This document shows, one piece after another, positions 20,172 through 29,498 of a stretch of DNA of 49,599 nt. The notes under the pieces were generated by a model, which saw only the letters and a program-made list of their open reading frames with translations, had not been told where the DNA came from and did no database searches. How positions within the stretch are numbered: position 1 is the stretch's first letter; every line of letters begins with the position of its first letter. This DNA is from Frankiales bacterium (GTDB lineage: Bacteria > Actinomycetota > Actinomycetes > Mycobacteriales > SCTD01): positions 1 to 49,599 of the forward strand of contig JANOTZ010000070.1 of the NCBI GenBank assembly GCA_031416735.1, written 5' to 3'. The position numbers and the translations under genes were made by a program.

Positions 20172-20702
20172 TCAGATGAACAGGAGCTGCGCTCCCGCCG
20201 TCTTCCCGATGAAGTCGGCGGCGCTGATGATGCCCTCGACGTCGTCACGCAGGTCGGTCTCGGTGAGGTGGTTCATGTCAGCGGACATCCGGCAGGCCCA
20301 CAGGTGCCCGCCAGCAGCGACGATCTGGTCGAGGAAATCAGGCACCTCGGGCACCCCGGCGTCCGCGATCTGCTTCTTCAACAGTTTCGTCGCCATGGCG
20401 GTCATCCCCGGCAGCGGGGCGAGCGCCTGGGGAAGCCTCAGATCGCCGACGGGGAGGTGCATCGCCGCGTTGCCGACCGGGCTGAAGGCCAGATCGTTCA
20501 TCCTCGACTTCGTGATCATGTCGAAGCCCCAGAACGTGAAGAACAGCTGGGTCTCCACACCCTCACCCAGGGCGGCGTTGGCCAGGATCAGACCCGGGTA
20601 GGCCATGTCGAGGTTGCCCTTCGAGCAAATGATGGCCAACTTGCGGCCGCTGTCATCGTCGAACGACGGCACGATCGCCGGAGATGTCTCGGTCAGGGTC
20701 AT
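20172..20702 (-). CDS. DsrE/DsrF-like sulfur-relay family protein (COG2210 type)
   Basis: ORF 20172..20873. ATG at 20702 preceded by GAAGGAGA (176 aa). KLAIICSKGNLDMAYPGLILANAALGEGVETQLFFTFWGFDM and conserved Cys in HLWACRMSADM. Confidence 0.8.
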   Translation of the reverse strand: MTLTETSPAIVPSFDDDSGRKLAIICSKGNLDMAYPGLILANAALGEGVETQLFFTFWGFDMITKSRMNDLAFSPVGNAAMHLPVGDLRLPQALAPLPGMTAMATKLLKKQIADAGVPEVPDFLDQIVAAGGHLWACRMSADMNHLTETDLRDDVEGIISAADFIGKTAGAQLLFI

Positions 20703-20715
20703 CGTCAGATCTCCT

Positions 20716-21030
20716 TCACACACAGCCGCGAGGCTTGGGCAGCCCGGCGATGTAGGCCATCTTCTTCGCCGGCTTCTTCGGGAACAACGTGAACTGCTCC
20801 TTGACAGGGATCCCGCCCACGGTCTGCACCCGACGGGTCGTCGCAGTCTCACCCTGCGTCGGGTAGTCCTCACGCAGGAACCGGATCACCTTCCAGTGCT
20901 CGACTGTCAGGGCGATGCCGATCTGGGCGGCAAGCACCTCTGCGAGGCTCTCGTTCCACTCGGCGTATTCGGTCAGGAAGCCCTCGTCGTCGACGTGGAC
21001 CTGATGGCCACTGAGCTCGGTCACGGGCAT
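20716..21030 (-). CDS. TusE/DsrC/DsvC-family sulfur-relay protein (single C-terminal Cys)
   Basis: 104 aa. AAGGAGA RBS. FLTEYAEWNESLAEVLA...HWKVIRFLREDY and C-terminal GLPKPRGCV. There is no second Cys 11 residues upstream, so it is TusE-like rather than canonical DsrC. Confidence 0.85.
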   Translation of the reverse strand: MPVTELSGHQVHVDDEGFLTEYAEWNESLAEVLAAQIGIALTVEHWKVIRFLREDYPTQGETATTRRVQTVGGIPVKEQFTLFPKKPAKKMAYIAGLPKPRGCV

Positions 21031-21043
21031 GTCGCGTTCTCCT

Positions 21044-22279
21044 TCAGGACTCTTGGTGCTTGCCGGCCATGGACATCAGTGCGGGTACTGGCATCGATCG
21101 CCCAGGCAGCAGCAGATGCCAGTAGGCCCACCGGAAGCCGAGCTTTCCCCAGTGGTTCATGTGGCTCTCCTCGAGCAGGGTGAACGGACCGATGCCCGGC
21201 ACGGGGTACCTACCCGGCAGCGGTTCAGTGTCATAGTTGAAGTCGATCAGCAGCCCCTTGCCGCGGCCCGACTCGATGAAGCAGTTGGCGTGCCCATCGA
21301 ACGAGTGCGTCATGGGGCGGCCCTCGACGTGGTCGAGGAAGTTCTCCGCGAACAGCTCCACCGCGAAGTGGGCAGCCGACCCCGCCTTGGAGGTGGGGAT
21401 GTTGGACGCGTCGCCGAGGACAAAGATGTTGTCGTGCGCCGTGGACCGCAGGGTGTGCTTGTCGACGGGCACATAGTTGAGCTCGTCGCCGAGGCCCGAT
21501 CGGGCGATCAGGTCAGCGCCCATGTTCAGCGGCACGGTGACGAGGAGGTCGAAAGGCACTTCGCGTTCGTCCATCGAGACAAGCATCTTCGCCTCAGGGT
21601 CAACCCGGTCGATCACGAAGTCGCCCTCCAGAGCGATCTCCCGGTCGGTGAGCATGTCGCCCAGATGCTTCGAGGCGATCGGCTTGGTGAAGGCGCCTTC
21701 AAGGGGGGTGACGTAGGTGATGGCAACCCGGTCGCGCATCCCTCGTTCGGCGAAGAACGCGTCGGCTAGGAAGGCAAACTCGAGGGGCGCGACAGGGCAC
21801 TTGATGGGCATCTCGACGATGTGCACGACGAGACGGCCGCCCTCCCACGTCGCGAGCTTGTCGCGCAGCGCGATGGCGCCTTCCAACGTGTAGAAGTCGA
21901 AGATGCTGTTACGCCACTCCCCCTCCAACAGGCCAGGCGTCTGGTCGGGTCGCGGCGAGGTGCCGGTCGCGATGACCAGGTAGTCGTACGGGAGTGCCCG
22001 GCCGTCGGCAAGCAGGACCTGCTGGGCATCCGGATCGACCCGGTCGATCCCTCCCAGCACCAACTCGACACCCTCCGGCACGAAGCGGTGTCGCGACTTG
22101 ACCAGCTCCTCCGGCTCGTAGACCCCGAATGGCAGCAGCAGCAGGCCTGGCTGATAGAGGTGGTCGTCGTCCTGGTCGACCACCGTCATCTTCCACTGCG
22201 CACGGTCCAGTCGGTGTCGCAACTTGTTGACCGCCATCGTGCCGGCCGTTCCTGCTCCCAGGACCACCAGTCGCCTCAA
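21044..22279 (-). CDS. sqr: Sulfide:quinone oxidoreductase-like FAD-dependent disulfide oxidoreductase
   Basis: ORF 21044..22444. TTG at 22279 is preceded by GGAAGGA 6 nt upstream and gives MRRLVVLGAGTAGT (411 aa); alternative GTG at 22312. Candidate redox Cys in IKCPVAPLEF and GHANCFIE. VLGDASNIPTSKAGSAA FAD motif. Confidence 0.7.
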   Translation of the reverse strand: MRRLVVLGAGTAGTMAVNKLRHRLDRAQWKMTVVDQDDDHLYQPGLLLLPFGVYEPEELVKSRHRFVPEGVELVLGGIDRVDPDAQQVLLADGRALPYDYLVIATGTSPRPDQTPGLLEGEWRNSIFDFYTLEGAIALRDKLATWEGGRLVVHIVEMPIKCPVAPLEFAFLADAFFAERGMRDRVAITYVTPLEGAFTKPIASKHLGDMLTDREIALEGDFVIDRVDPEAKMLVSMDEREVPFDLLVTVPLNMGADLIARSGLGDELNYVPVDKHTLRSTAHDNIFVLGDASNIPTSKAGSAAHFAVELFAENFLDHVEGRPMTHSFDGHANCFIESGRGKGLLIDFNYDTEPLPGRYPVPGIGPFTLLEESHMNHWGKLGFRWAYWHLLLPGRSMPVPALMSMAGKHQES

Positions 22280-22404
22280 CGCAGTTCCTTCCGTCGTGAC
22301 GATCTTGTCCACCCTGACGGCCGAGAGGGAGGGCCGAACGTCCCCACCCGACGGGCCGATGAGCCCGCAGGCGCCCACCCCCGTGCGGACTCGACACCGA
22401 CAGA

Positions 22405-22421
22405 GGTGACCTTCGGCCCTG
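22405..22421. promoter_or_regulatory. Candidate DosR-type site variant in the sqr / narK divergent promoter
   Basis: GGTGACCTTCGGCCCTG, identical to 8255-8271 (20 of 21 identical when the flanking CAGN is included). Lies 68-84 nt upstream of the narK start. Confidence 0.3.
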
Positions 22422-22488
22422 CCAGACACCGACAAGGTTCGCAATCCTCAACGGGTCGGCAATCCCGCCAACCCGCATGAGCTGAGGT

Positions 22489-23715
22489 GTGATGTCCACG
22501 GCCCACAATGGCGCCAACACGGGCAGCGGACCCCGCCCGGAGGTGATGCTCGTTGTCGCCGCGCTCGGGTTCGCTGTGAACTTCTGGGCCTGGGCCCTGC
22601 TCAGCCCCTTGGCGATCCGTTTCAGGAACGAGTTGGACCTCTCGCCCTTCCAGCAGGCACTCGTGGTCGCCGTTCCCGTCCTTGTCGGCTCTCTCGGGCG
22701 CATCCCCGTCGGCGCGATGACCGACCGCTACGGCGGCCGCATCATGTTCCCGGCCGTCTCGCTCACCACCGTGGTCCCCGTGTTGTTCCTGGGGCTGGCC
22801 GGTCACAGCTCCTTCGCCGGGCTGCTCATCGGCGGCTTCTTCCTCGGGGTCGGCGGCACCGCCTTCGCGGTCGGGGTCCCCTTCGTGAACGCGTGGTTCC
22901 CCCCGGAACGCCGCGGCCTGGCCATCGGCGTCTTCGGCATGGGGATGGGCGGCACCGCGATCAGCGCCCTCACCACCGTCAAGCTCGCCAACTCCAGTGG
23001 CCTCAAGGCCCCGTTCCTGCTCACTGCCGCGGTCCTCGTCGCCTACGCGGCGCTCGCCGCCGTGGTGCTGCGGGACTCACCCCTTCGGGTCCCCAGCAGC
23101 GGTTCCGCTACGGCACGGCTGCGCCAGGCCCTCCAACTCAGGGTGACCTGGCAGGCCGCGGCCCTCTACTCCATCGGCTTCGGGGGTTATGTCGCGTTCT
23201 CCGTCTACCTGCCGACCTACCTCAAGAACGCCTACAGCCTGACCCAGACCGATGCGGCCAACAAGATGGCCGGCTTCGTCGTGCTGGCGGTCCTCATGCG
23301 CCCGGTGGGTGGGTGGCTGTCCGACAGATTCCAGCCCACCAGCGTCCTGGCGGCCGCCTTCGGCACCGTCGCCGTCGCGGCAGCGGTCCAAGCAACCACC
23401 CCGGACCTGTCACCGGTGGGGACAGCGGCTTTCCTCGTGATGGCGGCAGCCCTCGGCGCCGCCAGCGGCGGCATCTTCGCGCTGGTGGCCCAGCTCACCC
23501 CCGCCGACAGAGTCGGCTCGGTGGCCGGTCTGGTCGGTGCCGCAGGAGGTCTGGGCGGCTTTATCCCGCCGCTGTTGATGGGGGCGGTCTACGGCAGCTC
23601 GGAAGACTACGGACTCGGGCTGGCGCTGCTCTCCGGGGTCGCCGCCGTGACCCTGGTGTTCACCCTCACTGCGGTGCGGCGCACCCAGGACCTCGCCCGG
23701 CGCCAGCATGCCTGA
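22489..23715 (+). CDS. narK: MFS nitrate/nitrite transporter (NarK/NNP family)
   Basis: 408 aa, 12-TM profile. Sequence pattern and position directly upstream of narG in an overlapped operon. Confidence 0.85.
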   Translation: MMSTAHNGANTGSGPRPEVMLVVAALGFAVNFWAWALLSPLAIRFRNELDLSPFQQALVVAVPVLVGSLGRIPVGAMTDRYGGRIMFPAVSLTTVVPVLFLGLAGHSSFAGLLIGGFFLGVGGTAFAVGVPFVNAWFPPERRGLAIGVFGMGMGGTAISALTTVKLANSSGLKAPFLLTAAVLVAYAALAAVVLRDSPLRVPSSGSATARLRQALQLRVTWQAAALYSIGFGGYVAFSVYLPTYLKNAYSLTQTDAANKMAGFVVLAVLMRPVGGWLSDRFQPTSVLAAAFGTVAVAAAVQATTPDLSPVGTAAFLVMAAALGAASGGIFALVAQLTPADRVGSVAGLVGAAGGLGGFIPPLLMGAVYGSSEDYGLGLALLSGVAAVTLVFTLTAVRRTQDLARRQHA

Positions 23716-24133
23716 CATCACGCCCCTCTCCTCGCGGGGCGACATCGACGTGCTGCTCACCTCGTTCTACGAAGGCGCCCTGGTCGATGACCTGCTCGGC
23801 CCGGCCTTCCGGCACGCCCAGTTGGATCTGCGCACCCACCTGCCCCGGATCGGCGACTTCTGGGAACGCACCCTGCTCGCGACCGGTCGTTACGACGGCC
23901 AACCGATGGTGACCCACCGTCGTCTGCACGACACCTTCCCGCTCACGCCGCCGATGTTCGCCCGCTGGCTCGAGCTCTGGCGGGACGCGGTGGACAGCCG
24001 CTTCGACGGGGCCAACGCCACCCGTGCGAAGGACACCGCGCAGCGCGTCGCCGACGCCCTGCAGCGCCAGTTCCACGACGGACGGACGCTGCTGCAGATC
24101 GGGCACTGCCAGGCTGAGGGAGAGCGCACATGA
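23708..24133 (+). CDS. Group III truncated hemoglobin
   Basis: 141 aa. FYEGALVDDLLGPAF...HLPRIGDFWERTLL..GRYDGQPMVTHRRLH..FPLTPPMFARWLELW matches the recalled trHb-III (Ctb-like) pattern. Overlaps narK by 8 nt and narG by 4 nt. Confidence 0.8.
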   Translation: MPDITPLSSRGDIDVLLTSFYEGALVDDLLGPAFRHAQLDLRTHLPRIGDFWERTLLATGRYDGQPMVTHRRLHDTFPLTPPMFARWLELWRDAVDSRFDGANATRAKDTAQRVADALQRQFHDGRTLLQIGHCQAEGERT

Positions 24134-27100
24134 GTGGCAAGCAGAGCGGCCCGGGGCTCGACGGGGGACTGAGCGATGCGCTCATTCGGGCCGGACGCCA
24201 CTTCCGCAAGGGCGAGGTGTCCGCCGATCACAGGACCCTGCACCAGATCGGCGGCCGTGAAGCGGACAGTTTCTATCGGGACCGTTGGAGCCACGACAAG
24301 GTCGTCCGGTCCACCCACGGCGTCAACTGCACCGGATCGTGCTCGTGGAAGGTCTACGTCAAGGACGGCATCATCACCTGGGAGTCGCAGCAGACCGACT
24401 ATCCCTCCGTCGGTCCAGACAAGCCGGAGTACGAGCCCCGCGGCTGCCCCCGCGGCGCCGCCTTCTCCTGGTACACCTACTCCCCCACCCGCGTCAGATA
24501 TCCCTACGTGCGCGGGGTTCTGCTGCAGCTGTTCCGCGAGGCGAAGGCGCGGCGCAACGGCGACCCGGTGCTCGCCTGGGGCGACATCGTGTCCAACCCC
24601 CTGCTGGCAAAGCACTACAAGAACGCCCGCGGCAAAGGCGGCCTGGTGCGCGCCACCTGGGACGAGGCGATCGAGCTCGCGGCGGCCGCACACGTCTACA
24701 CGATCAAGACTTACGGACCCGACCGCGTCGCCGGTTTCAGCCCGATCCCGGCGATGAGCATGGTCAGCCACGCTGCCGGCGCCCGCTTCTACACCCTGCT
24801 CGGCGCACCTCTGCTGTCGTTCTACGACTGGTACGCCGACCTCCCGGTTGCCTCCCCGCAGGTGTTCGGCGACCAGACCGACGTACCCGAGTCGGGTGAC
24901 TGGTGGGATGCCACCTACCTGATGCTGTGGGGCAGCAACGTCCCGGTCACCCGCACCCCGGATGCGCACTGGATGACCGAGGCTCGCTATCGCGGGCAGA
25001 AGGTCGTGGTGTGTTCGCCGGACTACTCCGACGCCACCAAGTTCGCGGACGAGTGGTTGGCCCCGTCGCCGGGCACCGATGGCGCGCTCGCCATGGCGAT
25101 GGGGCATGTGCTGCTGCGCGAGTTCTTCGTCGAGCAGACCACTCCCTACTTCGAGAGCTACGTCAAGCGCTTCACCGACCTGCCTTTCCTCATCCGGCTC
25201 GAGGAACGCGGGGACGGCACCTACGTGCCGGGCAAGTTCCTCACCGCCCACGACCTCGGCCACACCTCCGAGCATGCGCAGTTCAAGACGGTCCTGCTCG
25301 ACACGGAGACCCGTGACCCGGTCGTCCCGCACGGCACCCTCGGCGACCGGTTCGGCCCCGACGGTGCAGGCCGATGGAACCTCGAGCTGGGCAACACCAA
25401 CCCCCTCCTCACCCTGTACGGCGAAAGGCCCGTCCCCGTCTCGCTCCCCCGCTTCGACACCCCCGACGGATCCGGTCTCGTCATCGAGCGGGGTGTGCCG
25501 GCCATGACGGTGGGCGGGCACCTCGTCACCACCGTCTTCGACCTGCTTCTCGCGTCGTACGGAGTCGGGCGCGACGGCCTGCCCGGGGTGTGGCCCACCG
25601 GGTATGACGACCCGTCCTCACCGTGCACCCCTGCGTGGCAGGAGGAGATCACCGGTGTGCCCGCGCACAAGGCGGAACGGATCGGCCGGGAGTTCGCGCA
25701 GAACGCCGTCGACTCCAAGGGCCGCTCGATGATCATCATGGGGGCCGGCACCAACCATTACTTCCACTCCGACACGATCTACCGCGCGTTCCTGGCCCTC
25801 ACGACGTTGACCGGGTGCCAGGGCGTGAACGGTGGCGGCTGGGCGCACTACGTCGGCCAGGAGAAGGTGCGGCCTCTGACCGGCCACCAGATCCTGGCTA
25901 TGTCGACCGACTGGCAACGGCCGCCGCGGCAGATGATCGGCACCGCCTACTGGTATCTCGCCACCGGTCAGTGGCGCTACGACCCGTTCCAGGTGGACGT
26001 GTTCGCCTCGCCGACCGCGGCACCCGGCTTCCGCGGGATGACGACGGTGGACGTGCTGGCCCAGTCCGCCCGGCTCGGGTGGATGCCGTCGTATCCGACG
26101 TTCAATGTGAACCCGCTGGACCTCGGCGACGCGATCGTGGAGTCCGGAGAGACCCCGTCGAAGTACGTCACCGACGGCATCGCGAACGGCCAGATCTCCT
26201 TTGCCGTCGAGGATCCCGACGCGGCGGAGAACTTCCCGCGGGTGCTGACGGTGTGGCGGGCGAACCTGCTCGGCTCGTCCGGCAAGGGCAACGAGTACTT
26301 CATGAAGCACCTGCTCGGCGCGGAGAGCTCGCTGCGGGCGGAGGAAGCACCCGAGGAGCTGCGGCCCCGCGACGTGACGTGGCGGGAGGAGGCGCCCGAG
26401 GGCAAGCTCGACCTGCTGCTGGCGCTGGACTTCCGGATGACGTCGACCACGCTGTTCGCCGACATCGTCCTGCCCGCCGCGACCTGGTATGAGAAGCACG
26501 ACCTGTCGAGCACCGACATGCACCCGTTCGTCCACGCGTTTAGCCCGGCCATCTCGCCGCCGTGGCAGACCCGCACCGACTTCGACATCTTCCTCACTTT
26601 GGCGCAGGAGGTCAGCCGACAGTCGGAGGGACATCTCGGCAAGCGCACCGACCTGGTCGCGACGCCGCTGGCCCACGACACACCCGACGAGATGTCCCTG
26701 CCCTCAGGCATTGTGCGGGACTGGCGGGCCGACGGCAGCACCCCGATACCCGGGGTCAACTTCCCGAAACTCGCCCTCGTCGAGCGCGACTACACCCAGA
26801 TCGCCGCCAAGATGGGCGCCCTCGGACCGCTCGCGAGCAGCCTCGGGGCGACCACCATGGGGGTGACCTATGACCTTACCCAGCCGGTCGACTACCTGCG
26901 GGCCAAGACCGGGGCCGTCGGGGGGGGGGTGGCGGACGGACGGCCCCGACTGGACCGGGACGTGCACATGTGCGAGGCGATCCTGGCGCTGGCACCCACG
27001 ACCAACGGTCACCTTTCGGTGCAGGGCTTCCGGACCCTCGAGAGGCGCACCGGCACGGCGCTGGTCGACCTCGCCGCGGAGCACGAGGGCAAACAGATCA

Positions 27101-27822
27101 CCTTCGCCGACACCCAGGCCGGCCCGACTCCGGTGATCACCTCACCGGAGTGGTCGGGGTCCGAGCACGGTGGCCGTCGCTACTCGCCCTTCGTCATCAA
27201 CGTCGAGCGTTCCAAGCCCTGGCACACCCTCACGGGGCGGCAGCACTTCTTCGTGGAGCACGACTGGATGACGGCCTTCGGGGAGCAGCTCAACGTCTTC
27301 CGCCCCCCTCTCGACATGCAGGGGATGTTCGCCGAACCTGAGCTCGGCCACATCGACGAGCTCGGCGTGACGGTTCGCTATCTGACGCCGCACTCGAAGT
27401 GGTCGATCCACTCGGAGTACCAGGACAATCTGTTCATGTTGAGCCTGTCTCGTGGCGGCCCGACGATCTGGCTGAGCAACAAGGACGCGGACAAGGTCGG
27501 CATCAACGACAACGACTGGGTCGAGGCGGTCAACCGCAACGGGGTCGTGGTGGCCCGGGCCATCGTCAGCCACCGGATGCCCGAGGGAACGGTGTTCATG
27601 CACCACGCGCAGGAGCGGACGATCGACGTCCCGATCGCCGAGACGAGCGGCAAGCGCGGTGGCATCCACAACTCCCTGACCCGCCTGCTCATGAAGCCGA
27701 CCCACCTGGCAGGCGGCTACGCACAGATCAGCTACGCCTTCAACTACCTCGGGCCGACCGGGAACCAACGCGACGAGGTCACACGGATCCGCCGCCGGTC
27801 GCAGGAGGTGGACTACTCGTGA
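24130..27822 (+). CDS. narG: Respiratory nitrate reductase alpha subunit
   Basis: 1230 aa. N-terminal HGVNCTGSCSWKVYVKDG FS0 cluster motif. Typical NarG length and sequence throughout. Confidence 0.97.
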   Translation: MSGKQSGPGLDGGLSDALIRAGRHFRKGEVSADHRTLHQIGGREADSFYRDRWSHDKVVRSTHGVNCTGSCSWKVYVKDGIITWESQQTDYPSVGPDKPEYEPRGCPRGAAFSWYTYSPTRVRYPYVRGVLLQLFREAKARRNGDPVLAWGDIVSNPLLAKHYKNARGKGGLVRATWDEAIELAAAAHVYTIKTYGPDRVAGFSPIPAMSMVSHAAGARFYTLLGAPLLSFYDWYADLPVASPQVFGDQTDVPESGDWWDATYLMLWGSNVPVTRTPDAHWMTEARYRGQKVVVCSPDYSDATKFADEWLAPSPGTDGALAMAMGHVLLREFFVEQTTPYFESYVKRFTDLPFLIRLEERGDGTYVPGKFLTAHDLGHTSEHAQFKTVLLDTETRDPVVPHGTLGDRFGPDGAGRWNLELGNTNPLLTLYGERPVPVSLPRFDTPDGSGLVIERGVPAMTVGGHLVTTVFDLLLASYGVGRDGLPGVWPTGYDDPSSPCTPAWQEEITGVPAHKAERIGREFAQNAVDSKGRSMIIMGAGTNHYFHSDTIYRAFLALTTLTGCQGVNGGGWAHYVGQEKVRPLTGHQILAMSTDWQRPPRQMIGTAYWYLATGQWRYDPFQVDVFASPTAAPGFRGMTTVDVLAQSARLGWMPSYPTFNVNPLDLGDAIVESGETPSKYVTDGIANGQISFAVEDPDAAENFPRVLTVWRANLLGSSGKGNEYFMKHLLGAESSLRAEEAPEELRPRDVTWREEAPEGKLDLLLALDFRMTSTTLFADIVLPAATWYEKHDLSSTDMHPFVHAFSPAISPPWQTRTDFDIFLTLAQEVSRQSEGHLGKRTDLVATPLAHDTPDEMSLPSGIVRDWRADGSTPIPGVNFPKLALVERDYTQIAAKMGALGPLASSLGATTMGVTYDLTQPVDYLRAKTGAVGGGVADGRPRLDRDVHMCEAILALAPTTNGHLSVQGFRTLERRTGTALVDLAAEHEGKQITFADTQAGPTPVITSPEWSGSEHGGRRYSPFVINVERSKPWHTLTGRQHFFVEHDWMTAFGEQLNVFRPPLDMQGMFAEPELGHIDELGVTVRYLTPHSKWSIHSEYQDNLFMLSLSRGGPTIWLSNKDADKVGINDNDWVEAVNRNGVVVARAIVSHRMPEGTVFMHHAQERTIDVPIAETSGKRGGIHNSLTRLLMKPTHLAGGYAQISYAFNYLGPTGNQRDEVTRIRRRSQEVDYS
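26920..26929 (+). repeat. Homopolymeric G10 tract inside narG
   Basis: gtc-GGGGGGGGGG-tg encodes V-G-G-G-V. Position confirmed by codon arithmetic from the overlapping ORF 26870..27136. Confidence 0.9.
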
Positions 27823-29498
27823 AGGTCATGGCGCAGCTGGCGATGGTGATGAACCTCGACAAGTGCATCGGCTGTCACACCTGCTCGGTCACCTGCAAGC
27901 AGGCGTGGACCAATCGCAGCGGCGTGGAATACGTCTGGTTCAACAACGTGGAGACCCGACCTGGGCAGGGCTACCCCCGGACCTACCAGGACCAGGAGCG
28001 CTGGCAGGGCGGCTGGATGCTCAACAAGCGCGGCCGGCTGACGCTGCGGGCGGGCGGCCGGATCAAGAAGTTGCTCAGCATCTTTTCCAACCCGCTGTTG
28101 CCGTCCATCAACGACTACTACGAGCCGTGGACCTACGACTACGAGACGCTCACGAACGCGCCGTCCCAGAAGCACAGCCCGGTCGCCCGCCCGAAGTCCC
28201 TTATCTCCGGCCGGAACATGAAGGTGCAGTGGTCGGCCAACTGGGACGACGACCTCGGTGGTGGACCCCACCTCACGCAGGAGGACCCGGTCCTGCAGAA
28301 GCTGAGCGAGAAGATCACGCTCGACTTCGAGCAGACCTTCATGTTCTACCTCCCGCGGATCTGCGAGCACTGCCTGAACCCGGCCTGCGCGGCTTCCTGC
28401 CCCTCCGGTGCGATCTACAAGCGCAGCGAGGACGGCATCGTGCTCGTCGACCAGGACCGCTGCCGCGGCTGGCGGATGTGCGTCACGGGCTGTCCCTACA
28501 AGAAGATCTACTTCAACCACAAGACCGGCAAGGCCGAGAAGTGCACCTTCTGCTATCCCCGCGTCGAGGTCGGGCTCCCGACCGTCTGTGCCGAGACCTG
28601 CGTCGGCCGTCTCCGCTACATCGGGGTCGTGTTGTACGACGCGGACAAGGTCCTCGAAGCGGCGAGTGTGGCGGACGACAGGGACCTCTACCGCGCGCAA
28701 CGCGATGTCTTCCTGGACCCCACCGACCCCGCCGTACAACGTGCTGCGGAGGCGGCCGGGATCCCGCGGGACTGGATCGAGTCGGCGCAGCGGTCCCCGG
28801 TCTGGGCGCTGATCAACCGGTTCGAGGTCGCGCTGCCGCTGCATCCGGAATACCGCACCTTGCCGATGGTCTGGTACATCCCGCCGCTGTCCCCCGTCGT
28901 CGACTCGCTGTCCGGCACCGGTCACGACGGCGAGAACGCCGGCAACCTCTTCGGGGCCATCGACACTCTGCGGATCCCGATCGCCTATCTGGCAGAGCTT
29001 TTCACCGCCGGTGATCCCGGGCCTGTGCGGGACGTTCTTGCCCGACTAGCCGCGATGCGCTCCTTCATGCGCGACATCAACCTGGGACGCGAGCCCGATC
29101 TCAGCATCCCTGACGCGGTGGGGATGACACCCGAGGACATCGAGGACATGCACCGGCTCCTCGCGATCGCGAAGTACGACGAGCGGTACGTCATCCCCAC
29201 AGCGCACGCTGAGGGACGTGACCCGCTCCAGCTGGCGCACTCCCTCGAAGAGCTCGCCACCGAGTGCTCGCTGGACTACGACGGCGGCCCCGGCATGGGC
29301 GCCTCCGGTCCGTTCGGGGAGTCCTCCGGCGGTCCCGTCCCTGTCGCGGTCGAGAACTTCCACCTGCTCAAGCAGCGACAGCGGTCGGACACCTTCCTCG
29401 ACCCCTCCGGGCGGGAGCGCGTCAACCTCCTCAACTGGGACGGCAACGGTGGCTCCTACCTGCCACCCCCCGACGAGACCGAGGGAGAGCCGACGTGA
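27819..29498 (+). CDS. narH: Respiratory nitrate reductase beta subunit
   Basis: ORF 27399..29498. GTG at 27819 forms a GTGA overlap with narG and gives MKVMAQLAMVMNLDKCIGCHTCSVTCK, the same N-terminal spacing as E. coli NarH (559 aa). Further Fe-S motifs CEHCLNPAC..CPSGAIYKR, CRGWRMCVTGCPYKK, CTFCYPRVE. Confidence 0.97.
   Translation: MKVMAQLAMVMNLDKCIGCHTCSVTCKQAWTNRSGVEYVWFNNVETRPGQGYPRTYQDQERWQGGWMLNKRGRLTLRAGGRIKKLLSIFSNPLLPSINDYYEPWTYDYETLTNAPSQKHSPVARPKSLISGRNMKVQWSANWDDDLGGGPHLTQEDPVLQKLSEKITLDFEQTFMFYLPRICEHCLNPACAASCPSGAIYKRSEDGIVLVDQDRCRGWRMCVTGCPYKKIYFNHKTGKAEKCTFCYPRVEVGLPTVCAETCVGRLRYIGVVLYDADKVLEAASVADDRDLYRAQRDVFLDPTDPAVQRAAEAAGIPRDWIESAQRSPVWALINRFEVALPLHPEYRTLPMVWYIPPLSPVVDSLSGTGHDGENAGNLFGAIDTLRIPIAYLAELFTAGDPGPVRDVLARLAAMRSFMRDINLGREPDLSIPDAVGMTPEDIEDMHRLLAIAKYDERYVIPTAHAEGRDPLQLAHSLEELATECSLDYDGGPGMGASGPFGESSGGPVPVAVENFHLLKQRQRSDTFLDPSGRERVNLLNWDGNGGSYLPPPDETEGEPT

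Noticed and set aside
23890-28925. Minus-strand ORFs 23890..25521, 25618..26676, 27142..27768 and 27813..28925
   Set aside because: They are antisense to narG and narH, whose identity is unambiguous.
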